The translations under genes and the position numbers were made by a program. A DNA stretch of 64,000 nt from an uncultured delta proteobacterium (lineage in GTDB: Bacteria > Myxococcota > UBA727 > VGSZ01): positions 64,001 to 128,000 of the forward strand of contig CAVZJB010000004.1 of the NCBI GenBank assembly GCA_963775425.1. Reading direction: 5' to 3'. Shown here piece by piece: positions 12,514 to 25,630 of this stretch. The notes beneath the pieces were generated by a model. The model saw only the letters and a list, made by a program, of their open reading frames with translations. It did no database searches and was not told the origin of the DNA. The stretch's first letter is position 1, and each line of letters starts with the position of its first letter.

Positions 12514-15500
12514 TCACGCAGCGGGGATCAGCGCGCGTTCGAGGGCGAGCTCCACCTGGCTCAGCGCGATGGCGACGAAGAAGCCCGCGATGAGGTCCGG
12601 GGGCGCCGCGCGCACGACGGGATCGCGCTCGAGCGCGCGCGCGGCCTGCACGCGCTCGGCCACGGCGCGCAGCGCCGCGTCGTCGCCGGCGAGCTCGAGG
12701 TGGCTGCGCAGGAGCTGCGCGGCGAACCCGTCCACGGGCGTGCCGACGAGCGCGAGGCGGTCTTCGGCGCGATCGAACAGGGCGGCGGCGTGCTCGACGT
12801 CGCCGAAGCTGGCGATACTCGACGCCAGGAGGGCGAGGCCGATGCCCTCGATGCGCCGCTCGCCCGCGGCGCGCGCGCGCTTGATGGCGCGACGATGCAC
12901 GGCGGCCGCGGACTCCGGATCGCCGAGCTCCTGCTCGACGGCGCCGAGGCAGCACAAAAAGAGCGTCTCATAGCGACGGTGCCCCATGGCCGCGAGGTCG
13001 GCGACGGCGCCGATGAAGCTCGCGCGCGCGGCGGCGAGCCGCCCGAGCTGGTGTTGCAGCGCGCCGAGCACGCCGCGCGAGACGCCCCGCGCGCGGCGGG
13101 CGCCGCACGCGTCGTTCAAGCGCAAGCTCTCGGCGACCACCTCCGCCGCCGTCGCCAGCTCCCCGTCGACGAAGTGCGCCAGGCCGAGGAAGGTGAAGGT
13201 GCCGGCGCGCACGTACGGGTTGGCGTCGTCGTCGAGGAGCGCGGCGGCGCGTCCGAGCGTGGCGCGCGCGGCGGCGGTGCGGCCGAGCTCCGCCTCGGCC
13301 AGGCCGCGCGCGTTCAACACGCGCGCGAGCGCCTCGGGCGCGTCGACACCATGCAGCGCCTCCTCGCCGCGCGCGCAGAAGCCGACGGCGCCCTCGCCGT
13401 CGCCATCCTGGCTCGCGGCGTAGCTCATCGCCTCGCACAGGCGCGCCACCAGCGCAGGCGCCACGCGCGTCTTGCTCGCATGCTCCGCCGTGCGCGCGAG
13501 GAGCGCGCGCCACGTGCGCAGCGGCCCCGCGTACAGGAGCAGCGGCTCGAGCGCCAACGCCAGCCCCACCGCGAGCTCCGCCGACCGCGGCGTCGGCGTC
13601 GACGCGCAGACCCGCGCGTGCGCCGCGAGGAGGTTCTCGCGCTCGGCGCGCAGGCGCGGGAGCGCGCCGCGCCCTTCGCCCTCCTCGACGGCGACGGCCC
13701 AGGCGCCGCCGGCTGCGCTGAACTGCGCGGCGTGGCGCTCGTGGAGCGCGGCGGCGTCGGCGGCGCCGAGCTTCTCCTCGGCGAAGTCGCGCACGCTCGA
13801 GTACATCTCGAGCCGCGGCCCGCTCTCGCTGTCGCGCACGACGAGGAGGCTCTTGTCGTGGAGCGCGCGCAACAAATCGATGACGGCGGGCGCGCCCGCG
13901 GGGATCGCGAGCACCGCCTCGGCCTCGTCCGCGGTGAAGCCGCCGCGAAACACCGCGCACTGCGCGAGCGCGCGTTGCTCGTCGGCGCTCAACAATCGCC
14001 AAGACCACTCGAGCGCGGAGCGCAGGGTGGCGTGCCGATCGCGCCCGAGCGACGCGCCCGGCGCGCCGATCGCTTCGAGGTCTCTCAGGCGGGTACGCAT
14101 CTGCGCCGGCGGCAGCACCGCGGCGCGCGCGGCCGCCAGCTCGATCGCGAGGGGGATGCCGTCGAGCTCGCGGACGATCTGCGCGACGTCGGAGAGCTCG
14201 TCGTCGTCGACCGCGGCCCCGGCGTCGCGGGCGCGCGCGACGAACAGCGCGACCGCGTCCGCGCTCGCGGGATCGGCGCCCGGCGCGGGGACGGCGAGCG
14301 GCTCCAGCCGATGCGGCGCCTCGCCCTCGACGCCGAGGCGCTCCCGCGAGGTCACCAGGAAGCGGCACGCGGGCGCGAGCACGAGCCAGCGCCGCACGAC
14401 CGCGCCGCCGCAGGAAACGAGCTGCTCGAAGTTGTCGAGCACGAGCAACGAGGCGCGCTCCGCGAGCGCGTAACCAATCTTGTCGGCGGCGGCGTCGCCG
14501 TCGTCGAGAGACACGCCGAGCGCCTGGCCCACCGCGCGCAGGAGGTCGGCCTCGACGGCGGCCTCCGAGAGGTCGCAGAACACCACGCGCGCGCCGCCCG
14601 CGGCGCGGCTGCGTTCGTGCAGCTCGAGCGCGACCGCCGTCTTCCCCACGCCGCCCGCGCCGAGGAGGGTGACGAGGCGCGCGCCGCCGGAGAAGAGCGC
14701 GTCGATGCGCGCCAGGTCGTCGCTGCGCCCGACGAGCGCGCGCGGCGCGGGCACCTCGAGCGGCGCGGCGGGGAAGTCCTCGGGGAAGTGCGCGGTGCGC
14801 GTGGCGCTGGTGGCGACGACGGACTCGTCGACGACGGTGCGCTCGAGCAGGTGCTCGTCGACCGTGCCCGCGGGCCCGGGCAGCTTTGCGGTGGCCGCCG
14901 CCGCCTCCGGCGAGGGCGCGACGTTGCTCGACGTCATGGTCTTCGGGGCCGATGGCGCCGGGGCCGCGTCGTCGAAGGAGAGGCCGCGCATGACCGCCGC
15001 CAGCCGCGCCGGCGACGCTTCCACGCCGAAGCCCTCGCAGAGCTCGTCGAGCGCCGCCCACATCTCCGTCGCCGTCTGGAAGCGCTCGTCGGGCGCGGCG
15101 CGCAGCGCGCGCTCCACGGTGCGGGCGAGGAGCGCCGGGACGTCGTCGCGCGCCTCGACGATGGGCGCGTAACGGCCGCTGAGCAGCGCGTGCGCCCGCT
15201 CCGCCTGCGTCCGTCCCTGAAAGGGGTTCTTGCCGGTGAGCGCGACGAAGAGCGTGGCGCCGCAACTGAAGACGTCGCTGCGCGCGTCGGCCTGCTCGCC
15301 GCGGAATTGCTCCGGCGGCATGTAGCCGATCTTGCCGATGCGCGTCCCGGGCAGCGTAGCCTCGCTGTTGGTCTGGCGCGCCACGCCGAAGTCGATGAGC
15401 TTCACCTCGCCGTCGACGGAGATGAGCACGTTCGACGGCGAGACATCGCGGTGCACGACGCCGCGCGGTGAGCCGTCGCTGCCCTTGAGCGTGTGCGCGT

Positions 15501-15882
15501 AGCGAAGCGCGTCGCACACGGCGCGGCCGATGAACGCGACCAGCGGCGCGGACAGGGCGCGGCCGCGCAAGCCGAGCTGCGTGACGACGTCGCGCAGCGA
15601 GCCGCCCCGCACGTGCTCCATGACGATGGCGTGCTCGTCGCCGACGCGCCCGAAGTCGAAGGTCTGCACGATGTTCGGGTGCTGCAGTTGCGCGCCGAGC
15701 TGCGCCTCGGCGATGAAGCGCGCCACCGAGGTCTCGCCGTGGGCGAGGTGCGGGAGCAGCCGCTTGACGACGACGATCTTCTCGAAGCCCGCCATCGCCC
15801 GCAGCCGGGCGAGGAACACCTCGGCCATGCCTCCGGCGCCGAGGCGGGTGAGAAGCTCGTAACGCTCGGCGCTCGTCTCCAT
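12514..15882 (-). CDS. Ser/Thr kinase fused to STAND (NB-ARC/AfsR-like) ATPase and TPR-like repeats
   Basis: Kinase [28 protein letters not shown], Walker A GAGGVGKT, Walker [28 protein letters not shown]. Helical repeat C-terminus. Confidence 0.92.
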   Translation of the reverse strand: METSAERYELLTRLGAGGMAEVFLARLRAMAGFEKIVVVKRLLPHLAHGETSVARFIAEAQLGAQLQHPNIVQTFDFGRVGDEHAIVMEHVRGGSLRDVVTQLGLRGRALSAPLVAFIGRAVCDALRYAHTLKGSDGSPRGVVHRDVSPSNVLISVDGEVKLIDFGVARQTNSEATLPGTRIGKIGYMPPEQFRGEQADARSDVFSCGATLFVALTGKNPFQGRTQAERAHALLSGRYAPIVEARDDVPALLARTVERALRAAPDERFQTATEMWAALDELCEGFGVEASPARLAAVMRGLSFDDAAPAPSAPKTMTSSNVAPSPEAAAATAKLPGPAGTVDEHLLERTVVDESVVATSATRTAHFPEDFPAAPLEVPAPRALVGRSDDLARIDALFSGGARLVTLLGAGGVGKTAVALELHERSRAAGGARVVFCDLSEAAVEADLLRAVGQALGVSLDDGDAAADKIGYALAERASLLVLDNFEQLVSCGGAVVRRWLVLAPACRFLVTSRERLGVEGEAPHRLEPLAVPAPGADPASADAVALFVARARDAGAAVDDDELSDVAQIVRELDGIPLAIELAAARAAVLPPAQMRTRLRDLEAIGAPGASLGRDRHATLRSALEWSWRLLSADEQRALAQCAVFRGGFTADEAEAVLAIPAGAPAVIDLLRALHDKSLLVVRDSESGPRLEMYSSVRDFAEEKLGAADAAALHERHAAQFSAAGGAWAVAVEEGEGRGALPRLRAERENLLAAHARVCASTPTPRSAELAVGLALALEPLLLYAGPLRTWRALLARTAEHASKTRVAPALVARLCEAMSYAASQDGDGEGAVGFCARGEEALHGVDAPEALARVLNARGLAEAELGRTAAARATLGRAAALLDDDANPYVRAGTFTFLGLAHFVDGELATAAEVVAESLRLNDACGARRARGVSRGVLGALQHQLGRLAAARASFIGAVADLAAMGHRRYETLFLCCLGAVEQELGDPESAAAVHRRAIKRARAAGERRIEGIGLALLASSIASFGDVEHAAALFDRAEDRLALVGTPVDGFAAQLLRSHLELAGDDAALRAVAERVQAARALERDPVVRAAPPDLIAGFFVAIALSQVELALERALIPAA

Positions 15883-15969
15883 GGCTTCGCCGCCGACTCT
15901 ACCATCCGCGCGTCGTCGTCGCGGCGGTGCGCACCGCCTCCTCGACGGCTGGGCGTCGCCGTGGACGGA

Positions 15970-17022
15970 TCAACGCGAGCTGAAGGTGTTCCAAAAGAGG
16001 CGGTCGGAGGCGGGGTCGGCGGCGAGGCGGGCGAGGAACGCCGCGAACGCCTTGCCCGTGTAGGTCTGCTCCAGCGGGATGCCGGGGGCGCCGGCGGGGG
16101 TGCCGGCGGGGGCGCCGGCGGGGGCGCGCGTGACGCGCGCGAGCGTCGCGACGGCGTCGAGGCCGGCGTCGGTGGCGACGCCGTATCCGTCGCCGAAGAA
16201 CGCGTCGAGGAGCACCGGCGCCGGCGCCGGCCCCGGCGCGCGCCCTGTGACGCGCTCGATGCGCGCGGCGCAGGCGCGCATCATCTTGGCCGCGACGTCG
16301 ACGGTGCACGATGAAAACGGCCCTACGCGCGCCGGCGCCACGCGCACGCCGACGACGCGCGTGTCGAGGCCCGCGAGCGCGCAGCCGAGCGTGAGTCCCG
16401 CGAGCGTGGCGGCGGTGCCGGCGGCGACGACGATCTCCTTCGGCGCGGGACAGGCGCCCACCCGGATCTGCGCGCGCAGCTCGAACGCGGCGTTCACGTA
16501 CGCGAACACGGCCACGGGGTTCGAGCAGCCCGCGAACAGGAAGTAGGTTCGCGGGTCGAGGCGGCGCGGGTGCGCGTACCAGGCGAGCGCCGTGGACAAC
16601 AGCGATCCCGCGCGCACGACGTCGGCGCCGTACTTGCGCATCGCCGCCGCGTTCTTGTCGACGGTGGCCGACGCGGGCTGCGGAAACGTCAGCACCGTAC
16701 ACGCGACGCCGAGCTCCGCGGCGACCAGGGACGCCGCGACGCCCGCGTTGGTGCCGGTGGCGCCGAACGTGACGATGCGGCGCGCGCGCCGGCGCCGGAT
16801 CTCGGGCACGATGACCTCGAGCTTTCGCATCTTGTTGCCGCCGTACGCCGTGGCGGTGAGGTCGTCGCGCTTGATCCACGCGTGCGGCGAGAGCGCCGGC
16901 AGCGGCTCGACCGGCGTCGGCAGCGTACACAGCGCGACGGGCGCGAGCGCCTCGGCGAGCGCCGGGTAATCTTCGAAGAGCGGCCAACGCGCCCGCAGGC
17001 CTGCGTCGACTTCGAGGGTCAT
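15970..17022 (-). CDS. PLP-dependent ACC deaminase / D-cysteine desulfhydrase family protein
   Basis: LPTPVE, WIKRDDL, YGGNKMRKLE, VAAGTAATLAGL, LEQTYTGKA. Confidence 0.85.
   Translation of the reverse strand: MTLEVDAGLRARWPLFEDYPALAEALAPVALCTLPTPVEPLPALSPHAWIKRDDLTATAYGGNKMRKLEVIVPEIRRRRARRIVTFGATGTNAGVAASLVAAELGVACTVLTFPQPASATVDKNAAAMRKYGADVVRAGSLLSTALAWYAHPRRLDPRTYFLFAGCSNPVAVFAYVNAAFELRAQIRVGACPAPKEIVVAAGTAATLAGLTLGCALAGLDTRVVGVRVAPARVGPFSSCTVDVAAKMMRACAARIERVTGRAPGPAPAPVLLDAFFGDGYGVATDAGLDAVATLARVTRAPAGAPAGTPAGAPGIPLEQTYTGKAFAAFLARLAADPASDRLFWNTFSSR
16090..16125. repeat. Three tandem copies of a 12-bp unit (GCCGGCGGGGGY) inside the CDS
   Basis: Directly visible. Encodes APAG/APAG/TPAG in the deaminase-family protein. 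Confidence 0.7.
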
Positions 17023-17069
17023 GGGGAACGAAGTTTCGCTCGCGCCCCGATCTGTCGCAATCTCGCCAC

Positions 17070-18515
17070 GTGCACCTCCCGGCAGCCGCGCGCGCCCCGA
17101 GCTCGCTCCCGACGGGGAGCGCGCTCGCCCCACGCGTCGTGCTCGTCCTGCTCGTCCTGCTCGTCGTGCTCGCCACCGCGGCGGCCGGGTCCGCCCGCGC
17201 CGCGGGCGACCCGTCCGAGCCCGCGCCGTTGCCGGAGTCGCTGCCGCCCCTGGACGAGAGCCTCGTCAAGGAGGCGCCGGCGTCGCCGATGTCGTTGTTC
17301 GCGGCGGTGCGCCTGCGCGGCGAGCTCGACGACTCACGCGACCTCTCGCGCGTCGACGACGCCTCCGCAGGCGCCGCGCTCAGCGGCCTCGTCGGCGCGA
17401 GCGCCGCCCTCGAGGGCGCCCACGTCGACGTCGTCGTCGGCGACGGCGCCCGCATCGGGCAGCCGCCCACCGCGCCCGCCCTCGTCGCGCGCCCCGCCCT
17501 GCCGGCGCTCGAGCAGGCGCAGCTCAGCTTCGATCTGTCGGTGGCGGGCTTCCCGGCCGCGCTCTCCCTCGGGCGCATGCCCGTCGTCGTGGCCGACGGC
17601 CGCTGGGTGGGCACCGAGCCGTTCGATCCGCGCGGGCGCACGCTCGACGGGGCCCGCCTGCGCGCCCACGCGGGCCTCGTCGACGCCGGCCTGGGCGCCT
17701 TCTGGCTCGGCCCCGGCGACCTCGACGCGGCCGACACCGGCCGCGCCGTCTCCGCCCTCGGCGTCCTCGAGGCGGGCGTGCGCGCCGGCGACGACGTCGA
17801 CCTCGACGTCTACGCGCTGCTGCACCGCGACGGCCCCGCCGGCCTGACGCTCCCGACGCTCGGCCTGCGGGCGTCGGGGAGCTGGTCGTTCCTCCGCGGG
17901 CGCGCGGGCGCCGACGCGCAGGCCCCGCTCGCCGACGGCAGCAGCGCGTTTTCCCCCGCCGGCACCGCCGGCCACGCGGAGGCCGGCGTGCGCGCGACGG
18001 CGCCGCTCGCGCGCTGGTTCGCGCCGCCCGGGGACGAGCCGGCCCCGAGCGCCTCCCTGCCCGACGTCTACGTCGACGGCAGCGGCGAGATCACCGCGGG
18101 GACGGTGGTCGACGGTCGCGTCTTCCGCGCCCCCGCGCCCACGCAGCACGACGTGCTCGGGCTCCTCGACTTCGTCGCCGCCGACAACACCTGGTCCGCC
18201 GCCGTCGCCGCCGGCGCCGACGACGGCGCGGGGCGCCTCGAGGTCGCCGGGCGCATCATCGGCATCGTCGACGGCGCGGGCCCGCTCCTCGACACGGGGT
18301 TCAAGCCGATCCCCCAACGGCGCGGCGACGGCATCGCGCTGTTCGAGCTCGACGCCACGCTGGCCCTGCCCCTCACCAAGGACCTCGCGCTCGGCGTCGG
18401 CTACGCCGTCGCCGTCCCCGGCGCTGCCCTCGTCGGCGACGAGCCCGCGCAGCGGCTGTTCGTGAGCCTGAGCGGCGCGGCCGGCGACGCGGCTTCGCCC
18501 TTGCCCGCGCTGTAG
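17070..18515 (+). CDS. Outer-membrane beta-barrel, alginate-export-family-like (start uncertain)
   Basis: Signal-peptide-like [36 protein letters not shown]...GRTLDGARL resembles the alginate-export motif. Amphipathic strands at the C-terminus. Confidence 0.6.
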   Translation: MHLPAAARAPSSLPTGSALAPRVVLVLLVLLVVLATAAAGSARAAGDPSEPAPLPESLPPLDESLVKEAPASPMSLFAAVRLRGELDDSRDLSRVDDASAGAALSGLVGASAALEGAHVDVVVGDGARIGQPPTAPALVARPALPALEQAQLSFDLSVAGFPAALSLGRMPVVVADGRWVGTEPFDPRGRTLDGARLRAHAGLVDAGLGAFWLGPGDLDAADTGRAVSALGVLEAGVRAGDDVDLDVYALLHRDGPAGLTLPTLGLRASGSWSFLRGRAGADAQAPLADGSSAFSPAGTAGHAEAGVRATAPLARWFAPPGDEPAPSASLPDVYVDGSGEITAGTVVDGRVFRAPAPTQHDVLGLLDFVAADNTWSAAVAAGADDGAGRLEVAGRIIGIVDGAGPLLDTGFKPIPQRRGDGIALFELDATLALPLTKDLALGVGYAVAVPGAALVGDEPAQRLFVSLSGAAGDAASPLPAL

Positions 18516-18621
18516 TCGAAGCCGGGCGCCGCCGCCGCGCAGTAGACACCGGCGGACACGCGTCGAGGCCTTTCCGCGGCACGCTTCGTGCGTAGCGTGC
18601 TGTGAGGCTCAGGAGGACGGA

Positions 18622-21234
<2,613 letters not shown>

Positions 21235-21291
21235 TTCTGGCGCGCTTCGCGCGGGGCCCTTGCTTCGTTGGCGCGCGCTGCGGGCGGACGG

Positions 21292-21448
21292 CTACAGAGA
21301 CCGCGTCACCTCGTCGAGGCGGTCGTACGTCTCCGCGGCGCCCTGCTCCATGCCGCTTCTCAGGTGGCCCCGCGGCGTGCTCCCAGCTCGCGTAGCGCGC
21401 GGTGGCGACGATGCGCGTGCGGCCGTCGGGCAGCGACGACAGCTCCAT
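21292..21448 (-). pseudogene. Remnant of an SRPBCC/AHSA1-family gene (C-terminal half only, frameshifted)
   Basis: Joining two frames across the C4 run at 21368-21371 gives ELSSLPDGRTRIVATARYASWEHAAGHLRSGMEQGAAETYDRLDEVTRSL*, a typical AHSA1 C-terminus. There is no room for the N-terminal half. Confidence 0.6.
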
Positions 21449-21466
21449 CGTCTCCTCCCCGCACGA

Positions 21467-22948
21467 TCACGCACGGCGCCGGCGCGCTTTCCTCGGGATG
21501 ATCGCCAGCATCACGAGCGCGCCGAACAAGGGCGCCGCCGTCGTCGGCGACGTCTGCGCGCAGCCGCCCTCGGCCGACGCCGGCGGGAGGAGAGCGACGC
21601 GGCGCACGTGACCGGGGTCGACGTTCGGATCGCCCTCGCCCTCGCCCTCGCCGGCGGTCTCGCCCTCGCCCTCGCCGGGCGCGTCGAGGCGGGTGAGGCG
21701 GATGGCGTCGAAGACCTGCTGGGTGTTGGTGGAGCCGTCCTCGCCCGTGTTGTCGCTCAGGTGCACGGTCTCCGGCCCGGCGCCGTCGAACACGAGGTCG
21801 TCGGCGACGACGTTCCAGCCGTCGGCCGCCGTCTGGTCGACGGTGAAGCTGTCGGAGCCGCCCGCGTGGTTGACGACGTAGACGGACTGGTGCGACTGCG
21901 CGTACGCCGCGTCGGTGTAGGCCTCGACGCGGTAGTGGCCGGGCTCGGCGACGAGCACCTGCCACTCCCCGAAGTTGGCCTCCGTCGCCTCGGACGTGGT
22001 GTGCGTCCAGATGAGCGACCCGCCCTCGCCCGCGTCGCTGACGTGGCGCAGGAAGTCCGGCGGGCCGCCGCCCGTGAAGCACGGCGTGTCCTCGCTGACG
22101 ACGCCGCCGTCGGCCTTGAGCGTCTCGCAGATCTGGCAGTCGTCGGCGCAGGTGTCGTGGCTCTCGCCGGGGCTGCAGAAGCCGTCGCCGCAGACGGCCT
22201 CGCCGCCACCGAACCTGCCGGTGAGCTGGTCGACGGTGCCGTTGAAGCGGTCCTGGTCGACGTTGGCGCTGATGCCCGCGACCGGGCCCGTCGACGTGAA
22301 CTGCCAGAAGGCCCAGTCGCTCCACTGGTTCGGGAGCGTGGACGGGCACGTGCCGCCCGTGTAGCCCGCGTGCCACAGCGGGTAGCGCGAGAAGTCCGCG
22401 CCGACGTTGTCCTGCCAGAAGTAGCCGCCGGTGTAGATGATGGGCGTGACCCCGCTGCCCTGCTCGACGTGGTCGAGCCACTGCTGGAGCTTGTCGGCGC
22501 GGGTGGCGTTGTCGACGCCGTCGGTGCTCTCGACGTCGGCGACCGGCGGCAGATCGTTCGGGCCGAGGGTGCCCATCTTTTGGAGCAGGTAGTCGGCCTG
22601 CGCGATGGGATCCTCGTCGCTGCGGAAGAACTGGTAGGTGCCGCGCAAGACGCCGGCGTCGCGCGCGCCGGCCCAGTTCGCGTCGTAATACTCGTCGTGG
22701 TAGCCGAGCCCGTCGCTGACGCGGATGAAGGCGAACTTCACGCCGGCGCCGGCGGCGGCGTTCCAGTCGATGTCGCCCTGGTACTTGCTGACGTCGACGC
22801 CGAAGGTGGTCTCGCCGGCCGGACACACCTGGTGCACCGCCTGCTCCTCCTGCCCGGGAGCGCCGGCGAGGAGCGCGCCCATGGTCATGCCGCCGTCGGC
22901 ACAGGCGGCGAGCGCGAAGGCGGGCGTGAGGGCGAGGAGACGTCTCAT
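21467..22948 (-). CDS. GH25 muramidase (lysozyme) with lipobox, Cys-rich myxobacterial repeat, beta-sandwich accessory domain and MYXO-CTERM-like tail
   Basis: LAAC lipobox. GVDVSKYQGDIDW, FAFIRVSDG, PPVADVE, WAFWQFTSTG, VDQDRFNG. CGDGFCSPGESHDTCADDC. GEGEGE linker, then GGC + hydrophobic stretch + RRRR. Confidence 0.88.
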   Translation of the reverse strand: MRRLLALTPAFALAACADGGMTMGALLAGAPGQEEQAVHQVCPAGETTFGVDVSKYQGDIDWNAAAGAGVKFAFIRVSDGLGYHDEYYDANWAGARDAGVLRGTYQFFRSDEDPIAQADYLLQKMGTLGPNDLPPVADVESTDGVDNATRADKLQQWLDHVEQGSGVTPIIYTGGYFWQDNVGADFSRYPLWHAGYTGGTCPSTLPNQWSDWAFWQFTSTGPVAGISANVDQDRFNGTVDQLTGRFGGGEAVCGDGFCSPGESHDTCADDCQICETLKADGGVVSEDTPCFTGGGPPDFLRHVSDAGEGGSLIWTHTTSEATEANFGEWQVLVAEPGHYRVEAYTDAAYAQSHQSVYVVNHAGGSDSFTVDQTAADGWNVVADDLVFDGAGPETVHLSDNTGEDGSTNTQQVFDAIRLTRLDAPGEGEGETAGEGEGEGDPNVDPGHVRRVALLPPASAEGGCAQTSPTTAAPLFGALVMLAIIPRKARRRRA

Positions 22949-23016
22949 GGTGTGGGATCGTGTGCGCACGGGGACCCGCGCGCATCGGTCTGTTGGCGGA
23001 GGCCGTGTGGCGGGCA

Positions 23017-24309
23017 TCAACGCTTCTTCTTGAGCAGCCGGCGGGCGAGCTCGGGCGCGAACACCCCGGTGAGCCGCTTGTCCGGCGGGGCGGCGCGCAG
23101 GCGCTTTTCGACGTCGGCGACGGGGCGCTGCACGATGATGGACACGATGGGCGCGAGCCCGTGGTCGAGGGCGAACGAGGCGTCCTTCATGAGGATGCTG
23201 CGCAGCTTCTTGTAGTCCGAGAAGAGCGCATGCACGCGCATCTCGTCGGGGGCGGCGCGGATGAGCCCGCGCACCTGGTCCTCGGGCAGCCCGGTGAATT
23301 CCGCGACGAACGGCGCGACGACGTCGGCGTGCTCCCGGGCGCGCTTGGCCTGCAGCCGCCCGACGTCGAAGAACGCCAACGCGGGGGTCTCGGTGTCGGC
23401 GTCGTGCGACGCGTCGTCCCAGGAGGCGGCGACGACGTCGTCGCCGCCCGCGGCCTTCGGGACCTCGGCCGGCTTCGGCGGCGGCGGCGGCGGCGTTGGC
23501 GGCGCCGGCGCGGGGCGCGGCGGGTCGTCCACGCGCGCCGCGGGGCCCGGCGGCTCGGCCGGCGGCGGCGGCGGCGGCGCGTCCTTCTGCTTCACGAACT
23601 TGATGCCGTTTTTGACGACGACGGCGGGATCGAGGCCGAAGAACAGCGGGCGCGTGTTGTAGGGCGGGTCGGCGTAGTGGACCTGGAGAGGGGGCTTGAA
23701 GCCGGGCACGCCCTCGAGGAGGTGCGTGATGGCGTCCTGGGCCTCGGCGAAGGCGTCGTCGACGAGGATGCGATCGTCGATCCAGCGCTCGCGCTCGTAG
23801 GCGCGCACTGCGCCCGCGCCGACGAGCCGCAGCCACCCCGGGGCCGAGATGACGAGCGCGAGCGCCGCCGTCACCGCCGCCGCCGCGGCCGGGTGCGCCC
23901 AGCACTGGTCCACGCGCGCCACCAGGCCGCCGGTCGCGTGAAACACGGGGTGCAGCACGAGCAGCACCAACGGCTGCGCGAGCAAGAGCCCGAGCGCCGC
24001 GAGGACCACCGCCGCCGTCGCCGTGGGCGACCAATCGTCGATGGCGTCGATGGGCAGGTGCACGGGGTAGCCGCTGCCTGCGTTCACCAGCCGCACGAGG
24101 TTCAACATGAACGCGGCGAAGCCGACGCCGACGACCACGCCGACCACCGGCCCGAACGGGAACGACATCCCGTACGCCGCGCCTACGCCGCCGCCGGCCG
24201 CGGCGATGACGACGAGGACGGCGGCGAACGCGAAGAAGCGCACGTGGCCGCGGCCGAGCCGCCCAACGAGGCCCGCGTCGTATCCGGAGAGCGAGACGAG
24301 GAAACGCAC
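23017..24309 (-). CDS. Multi-TM membrane protein (divergent DUF4407-like N-terminus), Pro-rich linker, duplicated helical C-terminal domain
   Basis: N-terminal TM pattern parallels the neighbouring gene (FMLNLVRLV vs IIFNIDRFII, LLLAQPLVL vs LCLSKPLEI). GTG start 4 nt after the upstream stop. Confidence 0.7.
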   Translation of the reverse strand: MRFLVSLSGYDAGLVGRLGRGHVRFFAFAAVLVVIAAAGGGVGAAYGMSFPFGPVVGVVVGVGFAAFMLNLVRLVNAGSGYPVHLPIDAIDDWSPTATAAVVLAALGLLLAQPLVLLVLHPVFHATGGLVARVDQCWAHPAAAAAVTAALALVISAPGWLRLVGAGAVRAYERERWIDDRILVDDAFAEAQDAITHLLEGVPGFKPPLQVHYADPPYNTRPLFFGLDPAVVVKNGIKFVKQKDAPPPPPPAEPPGPAARVDDPPRPAPAPPTPPPPPPKPAEVPKAAGGDDVVAASWDDASHDADTETPALAFFDVGRLQAKRAREHADVVAPFVAEFTGLPEDQVRGLIRAAPDEMRVHALFSDYKKLRSILMKDASFALDHGLAPIVSIIVQRPVADVEKRLRAAPPDKRLTGVFAPELARRLLKKKR

Positions 24310-24313
24310 GCGG

Positions 24314-25630
24314 CTACTCGCGCATGAAGCGGCTCGGGTCTTCCTTTATCTCCGCGGCCTTCTTCTTGCGGTACTCCTCGTGGACATCGTCGGCGAGGGC
24401 CTTTTCGGTCGCGAGCCGCCGCTTCTCCTCCGCGAGGACGGCGTCGGCCGCGTGGTGCAGGTCGATGTGCACGCTGTGGCCCTGGCCGTCGGACACCACG
24501 CGAGCCTCGGGCTCGATGCCGGCGTGCGCGCGCACCAGGCGCTTCTGGTTTTCGTCGAGGTAGTCGTAGGCGCCCTTGATGATCATCAGCTTGAAGAAGA
24601 TGGGCCCCGCCTCGATGCACAGGAGCAGGAGCATGATGGCGATGGGGATCCAGCCGCCAATCTCGTGCGAGATCTGGATGCGCTTCATGAGCCCGTCGAG
24701 GTGGCGGGCGACCTTCTCGTTGCTCGCCTTGTTGCGCGCGAGCTTCTCGGAGAGCGTCTCGAGCTTGGCCTTCACCTCCTTCAGCTCGTCGGAGGCGCTC
24801 TGGTTCTTCTTGACGAGGCCGGCGCGGTCACGCTCGAGGTCGGCCTCGAGCGCGTCGAGGTTGTTCTTCTTGTCCTGCCACGCGGGCCCGCGCCCGGGGA
24901 CGCCGGAGTGCGTCTTGCCCTCGGCCTCGAGCTCGAGCTTGCGCCGCTGCTGGTTGATCTCGACGCGCCTCTTCTCGAGCGAGGCCTCGTTGTCGTCGAG
25001 GCGCTTCTGGAGGCCGTCCGCGCGCTCGCGCAACTGCTTGCGCTCGCTGCCGACGAGCGCCTCGGACTGCGTGTTGAGCGCGGCGAGGTACTCGTTTTGC
25101 TCCTTCTCGAGAGACGCCTCGATCTCGCTTTCGAGGATGCGGATCTCGAGGGGCTTGGAAAGGCAGAGCCCGATGATGATCGCCATGACCAGGCGCGGCA
25201 GCGCGTTCACGAACTCCGACCAGGTGATCTTGTCGGTGCCGTCGCCCTTGCCCGTCGACGAGATGATGAAGCGGTCGATGTTGAAGATGATGAGCGACCA
25301 CACGAGGCCGAAGCCGACGGACATCGCCACCGACGGCCAGTGGATGGGCTGGGTGCCGAGCGCCGTCGTGTCCTTCGGGGAGAACACCGTGTAGAACGCG
25401 TACGACCCCGAGAGGAACGCGAGGACGCCGACGGTGAGCACCACGCCGCCGAGCCCCTGAAACTTCACGCGGTCGCTGTTGGGGCAGCGGATGAGGAGCT
25501 GCGGGTCGCCGCCCGCGCAGAACCACAACAGGCGCGTGAAGACGCCGACGTCCTTGAGGCTGCCGTAGTGGTAGCGGTCCTGGCTGGGCGGCGGGGGCGT
25601 GGGAGCGGGCGTCGCTTGCGTGGTGGTCAT
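24314..25630 (-). CDS. DUF4407-family membrane protein with long coiled coil
   Basis: GGAGG RBS. LWFCAGGD..LL..CP.SDRVKF.GLGG, FGLVWSLIIFNIDRFIIS, PRLVMAIIIGLCLSKPLEIRI, coiled coil containing E.EG..SGVPGRGP, GLMKRI, LLLCIEAGPIFFKLM. Confidence 0.8.
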   Translation of the reverse strand: MTTTQATPAPTPPPPSQDRYHYGSLKDVGVFTRLLWFCAGGDPQLLIRCPNSDRVKFQGLGGVVLTVGVLAFLSGSYAFYTVFSPKDTTALGTQPIHWPSVAMSVGFGLVWSLIIFNIDRFIISSTGKGDGTDKITWSEFVNALPRLVMAIIIGLCLSKPLEIRILESEIEASLEKEQNEYLAALNTQSEALVGSERKQLRERADGLQKRLDDNEASLEKRRVEINQQRRKLELEAEGKTHSGVPGRGPAWQDKKNNLDALEADLERDRAGLVKKNQSASDELKEVKAKLETLSEKLARNKASNEKVARHLDGLMKRIQISHEIGGWIPIAIMLLLLCIEAGPIFFKLMIIKGAYDYLDENQKRLVRAHAGIEPEARVVSDGQGHSVHIDLHHAADAVLAEEKRRLATEKALADDVHEEYRKKKAAEIKEDPSRFMRE

